64,000 nt of DNA from a virus. Of this stretch, positions 45,067-55,144 are shown one piece after another. The DNA lies in IMG/VR virus record IMGVR_UViG_3300037504_000618, positions 8,038 to 72,037 of that record, one strand, 5' to 3'. The translations under genes and the position numbers were made by a program. Position 1 is the first letter of the stretch, and each line of letters starts with the position of its first letter. Below the pieces are notes generated by a model, which worked only from the letters and a program-made list of their open reading frames with translations, was not told where the DNA came from and did no database searches.

Positions 45067-45163
45067 CGGATGTTTTTATGAGAGTTTACGGAGGGTTTTT
45101 GGGCGTGAAAACGCGCGTAATCAGGGGAGAAATAACCGATAATGCCTATTAACGGCTATTTTT
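45063..45163 (-). repeat. Tripartite dif-like element copy 7
   Basis: TTAACGGATGTTTT (contains the terL stop), AAAACGCGCGTAATCA, GAAATAACCGATAA-tgccta-TTAACGGCTATTTT. Confidence 0.9.
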
Positions 45164-45175
45164 ACGGGGGGCACA

Positions 45176-47293
45176 ATGGCCTTCTTAGATAATGCGCTGC
45201 GCTGGCTAGGGTTGCAGCGCGTCGCGGACGAGCCGCCTCAGATGCCCACGCCGCCGGTGGACGTCAATGAGCTGGAGCAAAAGCAGACGCTCACGACGGG
45301 ACGGCGCAACGTCTCCCTGCTGCGCGCTGCGGCGGATAACGTGGACGTGATCCGCGCGGCTATCAACGCCAAGAAGCGGCACGTCACGGCCCTGCGCTAC
45401 GCCGTGAGCGGCCCGGACGACGACGTGGCGCAGGACCTCACGCGGTTGCTGGCCAAGCCGGTGCCGGGGATGACCTGGCGGCAATGGCTTGGGCTGGTCC
45501 TGGAAGATGTGTTGGTCCTGGACGCGGGCGCGGTGTACGTCTGGCGCACGCGGGGCGGGGGGCTTTATGGCCTGCTGCCGATTGACGGGAGTACGATCCG
45601 GCCCGTGAGCGCGGGGTTGATCCCGCAGCCGCCGGAGATTGCGTATGAGCAGTATATCGCCGGGGGAAAGGTGGCGGCGCTGACCACGGAAGAGTTGCTC
45701 TACGCGGTGATGAATCCGCGCACGCACACGCGCTATGGTTTTTCGCCCACCGAAGCGGTGTTACACACGGCCAGTATCGCGCTGCGGCGGATGGACGGCT
45801 TCGCCGATGAGCTGGATGACAGCAACGTGCCGGCCTTCTTCGGGGAGGTTCCCGAAGGCTGGCAGCCCAACCAGATCGAGGAATGGCAGACGTACTGGGA
45901 CGCGCTGACGAAGAACAAACCACACCGGGGCGTGTGGGGACCGGCAGGGTCCAACGTAGCATTTCCGCCCCGGGTGAATGTGGATACTGATTTTGACCTG
46001 TGGCTGGTGCAGTTGATCCTGGCCATCTTCGAGGTGCAGCCCCAGGAGCTCGGCTTGACGGCGGACGTGAACCGGGCCACGGGTGAGGTCCAAGAGACGA
46101 TCACGCAACGGCGCAGCGTGCGCCCGCTGGCGATGTTGATCAAGGAGATGATCGACGACGCCTTCAGTGTGACCGGCTACGCGGACTATGAACTCCTCTG
46201 GCCGGAGCTGGAGGAGCGCAGCCGCGAGGAGATCCGCAGCGACGCGGAGAGCTTCGTGCCATTGGGCGTGATGCTGGTCAACGAGGTGCGCGAGGAACTG
46301 GCGCTTGAACCACTGGCGAAGGGGGACTTGCCTCAGCAAGCCCCGGCGTTGGACCGCCTACAGCGTGACCGCCCCAAGCGCAACTATGACGTGGACGTGC
46401 CGGGGCCGGACGATAATCCGACGCTGATGCGCCTGCAGGATGCGCTGCGGCAGGCGTTCCTGGATGCGGGGACGCGGGTCAAACTGCAAACGCTTCTCGA
46501 CGAGGTGCGCGAGGCGGTGAACGCGGGGGAGACGGTCGGCGATAACTTGATCCAGGCCATCGCGACGCTGATCGGGGAGGCGCACGCCGAGGAGCTGCGC
46601 CGGTTGATCCCGCTCCTGGCCGATATGGCCGGGGTAGGGGCGGAGGCCGTGGGCGAGGTGTTCAACGCGGCGGTCAACATCGAATTGGATTGGGGGTTGG
46701 CGAACGCGGCAGCGGCGGAATGGGCGCGGGAGTATGGCTACGAGCTGATCAAAGGCCTGGGCCAGACCACGCGCGACGAGATCGCGGCGGCCATGGGGAC
46801 GTGGGTGGAGGCGCAAGAGACTTACCCTGACCTGGTGCGACGCTTGGAGGAGATCCTGGGCGACCCCCGGCGCGCGGACCTGGTGGCCAGTACAGAGGCC
46901 ACGCGCGTCTACGCGGAGGGCAACAAGGCTGCCTGGGCGCAGGTGGAGACGGAGCTGGGCGTGCAGACGGTGATGGTCTGGCATACAGCGGCGGATGATC
47001 TCGTGTGCCCGATCTGTCAGCCGTTGAACGGGAAGACGGCCCCTCTGGGAGAAAATTTTCCGGGCGGGATCAAGTCGCCCCCGGCGCATCCACGCTGCCG
47101 CTGCTGGCTGACGGCGAAGGTGATCTTCCCCACACAGCGGGTACGGCGGCGGCGGTCGCCCTTTACGCAGGCGGCGATCTTCGCAACGCTGATGCGCGGC
47201 GGCTTGCGGGTGACGGATTACGGGCAAGCGGTCCCCACCGTATGCGACTGTGGGCATACGCACGACCACGCTCACGAGGTGGCGCATGAGTGA
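45176..47293 (+). CDS. Portal protein fused to MuF-like minor head domain
   Basis: YGFSP, FEVQPQELG, NEVR; C-terminal ASTE..R, CPIC..LNG, PPAHPRCRC. Confidence 0.85.
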   Translation: MAFLDNALRWLGLQRVADEPPQMPTPPVDVNELEQKQTLTTGRRNVSLLRAAADNVDVIRAAINAKKRHVTALRYAVSGPDDDVAQDLTRLLAKPVPGMTWRQWLGLVLEDVLVLDAGAVYVWRTRGGGLYGLLPIDGSTIRPVSAGLIPQPPEIAYEQYIAGGKVAALTTEELLYAVMNPRTHTRYGFSPTEAVLHTASIALRRMDGFADELDDSNVPAFFGEVPEGWQPNQIEEWQTYWDALTKNKPHRGVWGPAGSNVAFPPRVNVDTDFDLWLVQLILAIFEVQPQELGLTADVNRATGEVQETITQRRSVRPLAMLIKEMIDDAFSVTGYADYELLWPELEERSREEIRSDAESFVPLGVMLVNEVREELALEPLAKGDLPQQAPALDRLQRDRPKRNYDVDVPGPDDNPTLMRLQDALRQAFLDAGTRVKLQTLLDEVREAVNAGETVGDNLIQAIATLIGEAHAEELRRLIPLLADMAGVGAEAVGEVFNAAVNIELDWGLANAAAAEWAREYGYELIKGLGQTTRDEIAAAMGTWVEAQETYPDLVRRLEEILGDPRRADLVASTEATRVYAEGNKAAWAQVETELGVQTVMVWHTAADDLVCPICQPLNGKTAPLGENFPGGIKSPPAHPRCRCWLTAKVIFPTQRVRRRRSPFTQAAIFATLMRGGLRVTDYGQAVPTVCDCGHTHDHAHEVAHE

Positions 47294-47774
47294 GGATATT
47301 CGTGTGGAGATGGTGGGGCTGAGCGAGCTGGTGCGGCGGTATCAGAACGGGGATGTACGGGCAAGGCTGGGGTTGTATCGGGCGACCCAGAGCGCTTTAG
47401 AGCATCTGCGCACCAAGGTGGCGGATTATCCGAGCAAGCAATCGTCCGTCCCGCGTTCGATGCGGGGGAAGTGGTTCAAGTCCGAGCGGCAGCGGCGTTG
47501 GTTCTTCGCAGCGCTGCGCAATGGAGAGATCACGGTCCCCTACCGTCGGACGGGGACTCTGGGCCGCCGGTGGACGATTGATGTGCGCATGGCGGATGAC
47601 GTGCTGGGCCTGATGGGGAACGCCACCCCGTATGCGCCCTACGTGCAGGACTTGGAGAACCAGGCGCGCATCCATCAGGGGAATTGGCAGACGGTGCAGC
47701 AGGTGGTCGAGGAAGAACGGGAAGCGGTAGTGGACTATTACGCTGAGGAAATTAAGACTTTAGTTTCACCATGA
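47286..47774 (+). CDS. HK97 gp10-like / neck protein
   Basis: YRRTGTLGRRW, N.TPYAPYVQ. Confidence 0.6.
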   Translation: MSEDIRVEMVGLSELVRRYQNGDVRARLGLYRATQSALEHLRTKVADYPSKQSSVPRSMRGKWFKSERQRRWFFAALRNGEITVPYRRTGTLGRRWTIDVRMADDVLGLMGNATPYAPYVQDLENQARIHQGNWQTVQQVVEEEREAVVDYYAEEIKTLVSP

Positions 47775-47784
47775 GGGGGTGGGT

Positions 47785-48129
47785 ATGGCAGCAACAGAGT
47801 TGACGGTGCAGGATATGAGCCGGGATGGGCTGGAGGCGACGTACTCGGCGGCCAACGCCGACGGGCACGTAGTCGATAATCAGGCCGACCGGCGGATGTT
47901 TCTCCATGTAAAGAATGGAGATAGCGGCTCGCATACCGTGACGGTGGCGACGCCCAATACGGTGGACGGGCTGGCGATCACGGATTTGGCGGTCGCGGTC
48001 CCCGCAGGGGAGGACCGGTTCATCGGGCCGTTCCCGGCCCCGGTGTATAACACGTCGGGGCAGATCACGGTCTCGTTTGACGCGGTGACCAGCGTCACGA
48101 TTGCCGCGATCCGCCTGCCGAATAGCTAG
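47785..48129 (+). CDS. Small beta-rich virion protein
   Basis: Position and composition. Confidence 0.6.
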   Translation: MAATELTVQDMSRDGLEATYSAANADGHVVDNQADRRMFLHVKNGDSGSHTVTVATPNTVDGLAITDLAVAVPAGEDRFIGPFPAPVYNTSGQITVSFDAVTSVTIAAIRLPNS

Positions 48130-48142
48130 AGGAGATTTGCCT

Positions 48143-49315
48143 ATGCCTTATGAGAGTTGGGACGAAGTTAACGAGGCAATTCAGGGGATTGATCCCCCGG
48201 TCACGCTAGAGCAGGCCAACTTAATTGCAGAGTGGGCCGATGCGCTGGCAGATGAGGAGGACGGGCCGGAGAATCCCTGGGCGGTGGCGATTGCACAGTT
48301 TAAGGATTTGTACGAGGTGCAGGAGGGGGAATGGGTCAAGAAGGAAACTGAGGGAAGGTTGAAGAAGCGCGCTGTGCAATTGCAGCGCTTGACGCTCTAC
48401 GGGCAGATTCAGCGCGTGGCGGATGAGGAACGGATGGTCTATGGGGTCGCCACCACGGAGACGCCCGTCGAGGACCTGCCGGGGCTGAACGTGACATTGA
48501 CCTATGAGGCCACGCGGCGCGCAGCGTTGCAGTGGGCCGAGTGGGGCAATATCCGCGAGATGCATCAGCCTAGCGCGGTGGGCGTGGCGCGGGAGATCAC
48601 GCCGCGTGAGGATCAGCGCGATTTATTCATCGGGGCCTATATCTCCGATGATGGCGCGTGGCGGAAAGTGAAGGACGGGGTGTATCGCGGCTTCTCGATC
48701 AATGCCGATCCATTGACGTGGGAGGAGTCGCGGGATGATGAGGTGGTACGAGTAACGGAGTATGAAATCATAGAGGTGAGCTTGGTTGATCGGCCCCACG
48801 ATCCGCAGGCGCGGATCACGGTGTGGCGTAACAAGCCGCCCAGAGGAGATGAGCGAGTGAGTGCATTAGATGAAATGTGGAAGCAAGTTATGGGGGACGC
48901 CGAAGTCCCCGACGATCCAGCGGAGGCGCGCGCGATGCTGGCGGAGCAATTAGCGCCGGAAGAGGACGAGGAGCCGGAAGAGGGAGAGGCCGCGACCTCG
49001 GTCCCGGAGCCGGTGCCCGAAGTGGACGCGGAGCCGGAGACGGCCACCGAACCCCCGATGGAGCGCATCGCGCGCCTGGGGGGACGGGTAGACGGGCTGC
49101 GTGAGCAGATCCAGGCGTTGGAGGCGCGGATCGCGCGGCTGGAAGCGCAACCGGCAGCGGTGCCGGTGCAGGTAACCGGACCAAGCGAGCCGACGGTGGA
49201 GGAACAGATTGAGGAACTGGAACGTGCGGTAAAAGGCAAGGGCCTTCCGCCCGATAATCCAGACGTGAAGCGGCTGTTGCGGTTGTATGCGCAGGCGCGC
49301 CAACAGGCCGGGTAA
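48143..49315 (+). CDS. Prohead protease with C-terminal scaffold
   Basis: IREMHQ, YRGFSI, EVSLVDRP; acidic coiled-coil C-terminus. Confidence 0.8.
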   Translation: MPYESWDEVNEAIQGIDPPVTLEQANLIAEWADALADEEDGPENPWAVAIAQFKDLYEVQEGEWVKKETEGRLKKRAVQLQRLTLYGQIQRVADEERMVYGVATTETPVEDLPGLNVTLTYEATRRAALQWAEWGNIREMHQPSAVGVAREITPREDQRDLFIGAYISDDGAWRKVKDGVYRGFSINADPLTWEESRDDEVVRVTEYEIIEVSLVDRPHDPQARITVWRNKPPRGDERVSALDEMWKQVMGDAEVPDDPAEARAMLAEQLAPEEDEEPEEGEAATSVPEPVPEVDAEPETATEPPMERIARLGGRVDGLREQIQALEARIARLEAQPAAVPVQVTGPSEPTVEEQIEELERAVKGKGLPPDNPDVKRLLRLYAQARQQAG

Positions 49316-49346
49316 AACGGCCTTATATTTGGGGGAGGATTAGATT

Positions 49347-50330
49347 ATGAGTGGACAAGATTGGAATGCGTTATTTGGGGACGTTAATGCGCGGATTCAG
49401 CAACTCGAACGCGCGGTGACGACCTCGTCGGGGTTTCCGATTCGTGAGAACCTGCTGCCGGAGGCGCAAGTCGTCACACCGGCGGAGACTCCGGTTTTGA
49501 ATCGGTTGGAGCGGATACCGGGATCGGGGAAGGCGGCAGCGTGGAAGGAGATCACATCGTTCGCCACTTTAGGGGCCGCCAATGTCTTTTATGCCGAAGG
49601 GGGCTCGCCCACCGAACGGACGACGACCTATAGCGAGAAGTCGGCTACCTACAAGCTGATGGGCAATGAGTTCGGCATCACCGGGCTGGCCCGGGCAGCG
49701 GGGGAGTCGCTAGGGGATGCGCTGGTGAATGAGCGGGAGAACGCCATTATCTCGCTGAAGTTGGATATCGAGAATGCGATCCTCAACGCGGACGGCACCG
49801 GCAACAGCTTCGAAGGGTTGGTCACGCAGACGGCTGCCGCGAACGGGGCCTACGTGGCTGACATCGGCGGGGCGCTGGTGCTGGATGATCTCAACGACGC
49901 TTTAAAGGACTGTTGGGACGACGGGTATCAGATCACGTTTATGCTGTGCAATTCACTACAAGCCCAGCAGATCAACGATCTGGTGCTCAATGCGGGAACG
50001 CACTCGATCACGGTCTTGAGAGACCAGCAGGGGATGATGGCCGGGATGGGCCGCGTGACGCACATTATTGATCCCATTACGGGCTACCCGATAGAGTTAA
50101 TCGCGCACCGCAACCTGGCGGCAGGGACGATCTTGGGTGTGCCGGAGAAGTTACCGGCCCCGGTCCCCGGTCGGCAGGGGCAGCGCGGCATTTGGTGGGA
50201 CGAGCTGTTGGGGATCACGGAGATGGAGGTGGGCATCACGGCAGATGCAATGATGTACTACCTCAAGACTTATGCGACGTTGGTATACCCCGCGCGGCGT
50301 GGTGCGTTTAAGCTGACGGGGATCACGTAG
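49347..50330 (+). CDS. Major capsid protein
   Basis: Position after the protease; ETPVLNRL, ENAILNAD...FEGL HK97-type signatures. Confidence 0.8.
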   Translation: MSGQDWNALFGDVNARIQQLERAVTTSSGFPIRENLLPEAQVVTPAETPVLNRLERIPGSGKAAAWKEITSFATLGAANVFYAEGGSPTERTTTYSEKSATYKLMGNEFGITGLARAAGESLGDALVNERENAIISLKLDIENAILNADGTGNSFEGLVTQTAAANGAYVADIGGALVLDDLNDALKDCWDDGYQITFMLCNSLQAQQINDLVLNAGTHSITVLRDQQGMMAGMGRVTHIIDPITGYPIELIAHRNLAAGTILGVPEKLPAPVPGRQGQRGIWWDELLGITEMEVGITADAMMYYLKTYATLVYPARRGAFKLTGIT

Positions 50331-50366
50331 GTATTACATAGCACTGAATATTAGCAGGAGGTTGAT

Positions 50367-51029
50367 ATGAAGAGGCGAGTTTTAAGTGTGCTGACCGTGG
50401 CGGTGCTATTAGCCGCGTTGTTGGTCGGTTCGATAGGGGCAACCGGGCCGGGGGATCCTAACCCGGGGACGGTGTTGGGGATCGGGAGTTATACGTTGTA
50501 CTCTCAGACGTTTGTGACCAATACCACCACGCTTTACGGTGGCAGTAGTTCAGGGGAGGCAACGCGGTTTCAGAGCTTCAATGCGCTGGACGTGTTCGTG
50601 ACCGGTGACATCAGCGGCACGCGCACGACCACAGTGACGATGCAGGTGAGCGCGGATGGTAGCAATTGGGTGGATGCATCGTATACCTACGTGGGGACGC
50701 CATTGAGCTATTCGTCCACCAGCACGAACACGCAAACGCTGAGCGATTCCTCGACGGTGACGGCGACCACGACCAGCACATCCACGGCGACGGTGACGGG
50801 GACCATGAGCACCAGCGGCACCTCGTCCGTTACCTCGACGGTGACGGCCAGCGGGACGCCCACGGAATATGAGTCCGAGTATCAGATCGTGTTGAGCTCG
50901 GATAGCACCGACTATCTCCGTATGCCCGTGGTGGGGATGTACGTGCGGCCTAAGATAGAATTCAGCGGGACCGTGACACAGAACCAGGGAATCACGTTGA
51001 CTATTAAGGCCGTCGCGCGGAATAATTAG
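50367..51029 (+). CDS. Signal-peptide-bearing Thr/Ser-rich protein
   Basis: MKRRVLSVLTVAVLLAALLVGSIGA; QVSADG.NW motif. Confidence 0.7.
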   Translation: MKRRVLSVLTVAVLLAALLVGSIGATGPGDPNPGTVLGIGSYTLYSQTFVTNTTTLYGGSSSGEATRFQSFNALDVFVTGDISGTRTTTVTMQVSADGSNWVDASYTYVGTPLSYSSTSTNTQTLSDSSTVTATTTSTSTATVTGTMSTSGTSSVTSTVTASGTPTEYESEYQIVLSSDSTDYLRMPVVGMYVRPKIEFSGTVTQNQGITLTIKAVARNN

Positions 51030-51098
51030 CGTGAGGCATAGTGAGCGCAGGCGGCAGCAGCGGGCGGCTGTCGCCCTGCGCTCCTGGAGGGGGATGCT

Positions 51099-51407
51099 AT
51101 GAGCGTAGCAACTGCGCGGATTTTGACGCGCGCGTTGGTGGTGAAGGGCTTTGAGTCCATCACGGCCACCACCGGCGTGAAGACCTTGTCCCCGGCAAGC
51201 GGGACGGTGCAGGCGGTGTGTCAGGTGCAAGATGAGCCGATTCGCTTCCGGCTGGACGGCGCCGACCCGACCAGCGCGACGGGGCAAGAGGCGTTCGCCG
51301 GGGACGTGATCACGATTGACGGGCCTGACGATATCGCCGCGTTTGAGTTCATCCGGCACGCCGACTCTTCCCCCAACGGGAAGCTGGTGTGCCATTACTA
51401 CGGGTAG
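51099..51407 (+). CDS. Small virion protein
   Basis: IRFRLDG.DPT..TG; position. Confidence 0.6.
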   Translation: MSVATARILTRALVVKGFESITATTGVKTLSPASGTVQAVCQVQDEPIRFRLDGADPTSATGQEAFAGDVITIDGPDDIAAFEFIRHADSSPNGKLVCHYYG

Positions 51408-51414
51408 GTGAGAT

Positions 51415-51987
51415 ATGAGCGTTGACGTGACACCGGGCTTAGGGGAGCTGCAAAAGCTGGATAAGAAGGCGACGGATGGATTGAATGGCGTCTATGGCAG
51501 CATCGCGCATACGGTGAATGAGATCGAGGAGCATCTGCACAGCCCGGCGCGTTGGTTGGGGAAGAGCGCGGATCAATCCGGTGACGATTGGGCAGCAGAT
51601 AATCTGACACCATTCCAGGCGATCAGCGGGAACGGGGACTATGGCAGCGACGCCGACGATGAGGCCAAGGTTCTGGGGCCGGACGATACGCCCCTCTTCA
51701 GCGGCTCGGCCTACTTCGATATGCACCGGATGCTGGTCTCCGGCGCTTCGTCCACGTCGCCGTATAAGCTGCGTATCATCTATGGCGCGGGGACCATGGC
51801 CGATGCAATCACGGCGGGGCAGTATAGCGAGGTGATGTTTACCGTCGTGGCTTCATCGCGACGCACGCCGATTGAACTACAGATGGCGCGCGTGGCCGTC
51901 GGCTCCAAGATGTGGGTGCAGGCGAAGAACGACACGGACGACGCGACGGTGTATTTCTTCGTCGAAGTCCATGAATACGAGGGCTAG
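51415..51987 (+). CDS. Hypothetical virion protein
   Basis: Position in the head module. Confidence 0.6.
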   Translation: MSVDVTPGLGELQKLDKKATDGLNGVYGSIAHTVNEIEEHLHSPARWLGKSADQSGDDWAADNLTPFQAISGNGDYGSDADDEAKVLGPDDTPLFSGSAYFDMHRMLVSGASSTSPYKLRIIYGAGTMADAITAGQYSEVMFTVVASSRRTPIELQMARVAVGSKMWVQAKNDTDDATVYFFVEVHEYEG

Positions 51988-51990
51988 CGG

Positions 51991-52524
51991 ATGGCTTATT
52001 GCACCGTAGCGGACGTGCAGGCGCGGATACGGAGCGCGTTTGATGATCGCGACCTGGAGAACGCTATCGAAGCCGCGACGACGCGCATTGAGAAGGAGAC
52101 GGGGCGCGTCTTTGCGGCCAGCGCTAGCGAGAGCCGCACCTTTGAGGCGGTGCGGGACTACTTCTGCGCGATTGACGATCTACTAACGGTCTCCGCCGTC
52201 GTCTGGGAGGATGCGGAAGTAGATGAGGATTCGTATTCCTTCAAGCCGGGGGGCTCACGCACGCCGAAGTATGCGATTGTGAACGGGCCATGGCTGGAGG
52301 GCGACGAGGTGACCATCACGGGGACGTGGGGCTATGCGGAGAGTTGTCCCGCTGACATCCGTGATGCTTGCGTTGAGTGGGTCGTGCGGGCGATCAAGCG
52401 CGCGGATCAGGGCTATCGGGATGCCTCCGCGATCCCCGAATTGGGGGAGCTGGTGTACTCGAAGGCGGTGCCGGCAGAGGTGCGCAGGGTCCTGGATCGC
52501 TATACCCGGTGGGTGCCATCATGA
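51991..52524 (+). CDS. Head-tail adaptor (gp6-like)
   Basis: MAYCTVADV, IEAAT..IE..TGR.F, WGY...P.DI..AC. Confidence 0.78.
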   Translation: MAYCTVADVQARIRSAFDDRDLENAIEAATTRIEKETGRVFAASASESRTFEAVRDYFCAIDDLLTVSAVVWEDAEVDEDSYSFKPGGSRTPKYAIVNGPWLEGDEVTITGTWGYAESCPADIRDACVEWVVRAIKRADQGYRDASAIPELGELVYSKAVPAEVRRVLDRYTRWVPS

Positions 52525-52679
52525 TCATTAAGCTCGAACGACGGCGGGGTTTGCGCCTGGCATGGGCCTTATTGTCGCGTAGCGTGCCGGCCTGTTATGT
52601 GATTTTTCGTTCTGCTGGTCGTGGAAGATGGGAGTCTTTAGTCTCTGCTTTGCGGCTCGCGGTGGCGGTCTATGAGTGA
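52521..52679 (+). CDS. Small hypothetical protein
   Basis: Fills the gap with overlaps at both ends. Confidence 0.4.
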   Translation: MIIKLERRRGLRLAWALLSRSVPACYVIFRSAGRGRWESLVSALRLAVAVYE

Positions 52680-53106
52680 GATTATCGCGGATGCTATCGC
52701 GCGCACGCTGCGTCTGGACGAGGACATCGCGCACGTGTTCGCCGATCCCCCGGAGGGGGTGCACGACTTCCCCACGGCCATTGTCCTGGAGACAAGCGGG
52801 GATACCAACCGCGCGGGATATCGCGGGCTGTGGGAGATTGAGAGCGAGACGCGCGTGTGGCTATTGGTGGAGACGCGGCGCGACTTGGAGCCGAACGTGA
52901 ACGTCACGCGGCCTTGGGAGTTCCGCCTACTGAATCTGTTCGCGGAGAACGACACGTTCTGCGACGAAGACGGCACGATCTTCGGGGAGATCACGCGGCT
53001 ACGCTTCAGGACCGGGCAGCTCACCTATGGTGACATCAATCACCTGGGGGTGGAGCTGACGATCAACGCGCGGGTGGATATTCAGGTGGCGGTGGGGTGT
53101 AGCTGA
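52672..53106 (+). CDS. Tail terminator/completion candidate
   Basis: Position, size, PTAIV motif. Confidence 0.55.
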   Translation: MSEIIADAIARTLRLDEDIAHVFADPPEGVHDFPTAIVLETSGDTNRAGYRGLWEIESETRVWLLVETRRDLEPNVNVTRPWEFRLLNLFAENDTFCDEDGTIFGEITRLRFRTGQLTYGDINHLGVELTINARVDIQVAVGCS

Positions 53107-54653
53107 TGGGCCTACGCAAGAGCGGGACGAACGCCTTGATCCGGCTGACTGCCCCTGACGGCAGTTACATCGACTTGAGCGGGGTAGCCTTGGACGGGCG
53201 CAGCCGGGCGAACAACTTCGCTTTTGAGATCGGGGCCAACGTCCTGGAGGCCGTGGGCTACAACGAGGACTGGGTTGAGCACGTGCCGGCCGGGTCCTCG
53301 TTCTGGAAGGCGGCGGTCAGCGTCTTCTATAACGCGGCGGCAGACGAGGTGGAGGAATTCCTCAACGCCATGCACGTGGCGCAGCACGCGGTGGCGGATT
53401 GCGCGGACGCGGGGGTGTATACGCTGCGCATTATGCCGGAGGGCGATTGCGAGGGCGTGACGGATTGGCGGGGGGAGCACGCGGTGCTGCTGACGCGCAC
53501 AGTGCACGCGCTGCCCCACGAGCTGCTGATGATCGAGGCGGCCTTCGGCGGGTGGATCTTCCGGCAGGAGGATGCGGAGGTGGGCATGCTGGTAGCCACG
53601 ACGGCCTCCGGGCTGTATTATGCGCAGTCCTTCACGTTTGATGACAGCGACCCGACGTGGTCGCCGTTGGGCCAGGCGCTGCCGATCTCGCAGATCTCGT
53701 ATGACAAAAGCGCGCCCGCCGCGCGGCAGGTGTGCCGTTCCGGGGGGAGTGTATGGCTGCGCCGTCCGGCGGTGAGCGGGGATAACTGGATCCAGATCTT
53801 GACCGGGGCGGAGGCGCAGTCGCTGATCGGCGACGCCGACAATGGGGAATTCACTTGGGCGGAATATAACACGGTCAAGCAGCATATCTACGCGTTGTGG
53901 AACTATAGCCTTACGGCGGGCGGGATCTGGTTTCTGAAAAGCACGGATTGGGGGGCGTCATGGACGGCGGTCAACGTCTACAGCAATATCTTCAATTACG
54001 AGGGCGGCAATATCGCCGTTGGGTTGCAGACGGGGAATGTGGTGTACGTGACGGCGCAGACGGAATCCGGCGGCAAGGGGACGGTCTGGGTGAGCGAGGA
54101 CGCGGGGGACTCGTTTACGCTGGCTTACCGAGATTATGGGGGCGGTTGGACGCCCTATTTGTTCGTCGATCCGGCGGATGAGGACACGGCATATTTGGGC
54201 ATCCACTTGGGCGTATTTGAGGAGTACGAATTGTGGAAATGCACGTTGCCGGGCTTTAGTTGTACGGAAATAGACGGCGACCTGCACGCGGGGACCCTGC
54301 TCATCGGCTTCTCCAGTGCGGGGTGGATCAGCCCGGAGGATAGCCAGATCATCCGCACGACGCGCAACGGAGCGTTGTTCGCGGGGGATGCGGGGGTGAT
54401 CACGGCGCGGCGTGAGCTGAACGTGTTCGAGGTGCGCGCGCTGGCGGGGTGGCACCCGCACGATTTGGTATACGGAACGTACATTGAGGCGGCGGTGGAC
54501 AATCCCCATCTGGTCTTTGCGACCCCCGACGATGGGGTGACGATCTATAACAAGGGGGGCGCGAATGCAAATCAGGCGGACGGGGGCGGGGATAGTATTC
54601 CCTATACCGCACGCCGGGTTTCTCAGAATGGCATTGCCATTATCGAAAGTTAG
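53106..54653 (+). CDS. Tail-tube paralog fused to a BNR/Asp-box beta-propeller
   Basis: N-terminal ~150 aa homologous to 54665-55144; STDWGASW and SEDAGDSF Asp boxes. Confidence 0.7.
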   Translation: MGLRKSGTNALIRLTAPDGSYIDLSGVALDGRSRANNFAFEIGANVLEAVGYNEDWVEHVPAGSSFWKAAVSVFYNAAADEVEEFLNAMHVAQHAVADCADAGVYTLRIMPEGDCEGVTDWRGEHAVLLTRTVHALPHELLMIEAAFGGWIFRQEDAEVGMLVATTASGLYYAQSFTFDDSDPTWSPLGQALPISQISYDKSAPAARQVCRSGGSVWLRRPAVSGDNWIQILTGAEAQSLIGDADNGEFTWAEYNTVKQHIYALWNYSLTAGGIWFLKSTDWGASWTAVNVYSNIFNYEGGNIAVGLQTGNVVYVTAQTESGGKGTVWVSEDAGDSFTLAYRDYGGGWTPYLFVDPADEDTAYLGIHLGVFEEYELWKCTLPGFSCTEIDGDLHAGTLLIGFSSAGWISPEDSQIIRTTRNGALFAGDAGVITARRELNVFEVRALAGWHPHDLVYGTYIEAAVDNPHLVFATPDDGVTIYNKGGANANQADGGGDSIPYTARRVSQNGIAIIES

Positions 54654-54664
54654 GGAGGTCAATC

Positions 54665-55144
54665 ATGGGTTTACGGGTAAGCGGTAAGAAAGCGCTGATT
54701 CAGTTGCAGCGCGGGAGCGGGACGGAGTTTGACATCAGCGGCGCGGACACCGATGGACGGGGACGCGCCAACGATTTCCAGTTCGAGATCAGCGGCAACG
54801 TCGTGGACGCCGTCGGCTACAACGAGGATTGGACGGAGGACGTGCCCACGGGCCAGAGCAACGTCACCGGCAGCATGACGGTGTTCTACAACGCGGCGGC
54901 AGACGAGGTGGAGGAATATCTCTGGACGATGTGGGACGAGGAACATGCGACGGCGGATTGTACCGACGTGCAGGAATATACGATGTATATCATGCCAGAG
55001 GGTAACTGCGCGGGAAAGACCAAGTGGACGATCTCCAACGTGATCTTGCGCACGCTGACGTTCCCGATCCAACACCAGGAGGTCTTGGTGATTCAGTTCA
55101 CGTGGGGCGGTTGGCAGGTGAGTCGCGCGACGATTAGCGCTTAA
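54665..55144 (+). CDS. Major tail tube protein
   Basis: Size, position, beta-rich, PEG motif. Confidence 0.7.
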   Translation: MGLRVSGKKALIQLQRGSGTEFDISGADTDGRGRANDFQFEISGNVVDAVGYNEDWTEDVPTGQSNVTGSMTVFYNAAADEVEEYLWTMWDEEHATADCTDVQEYTMYIMPEGNCAGKTKWTISNVILRTLTFPIQHQEVLVIQFTWGGWQVSRATISA

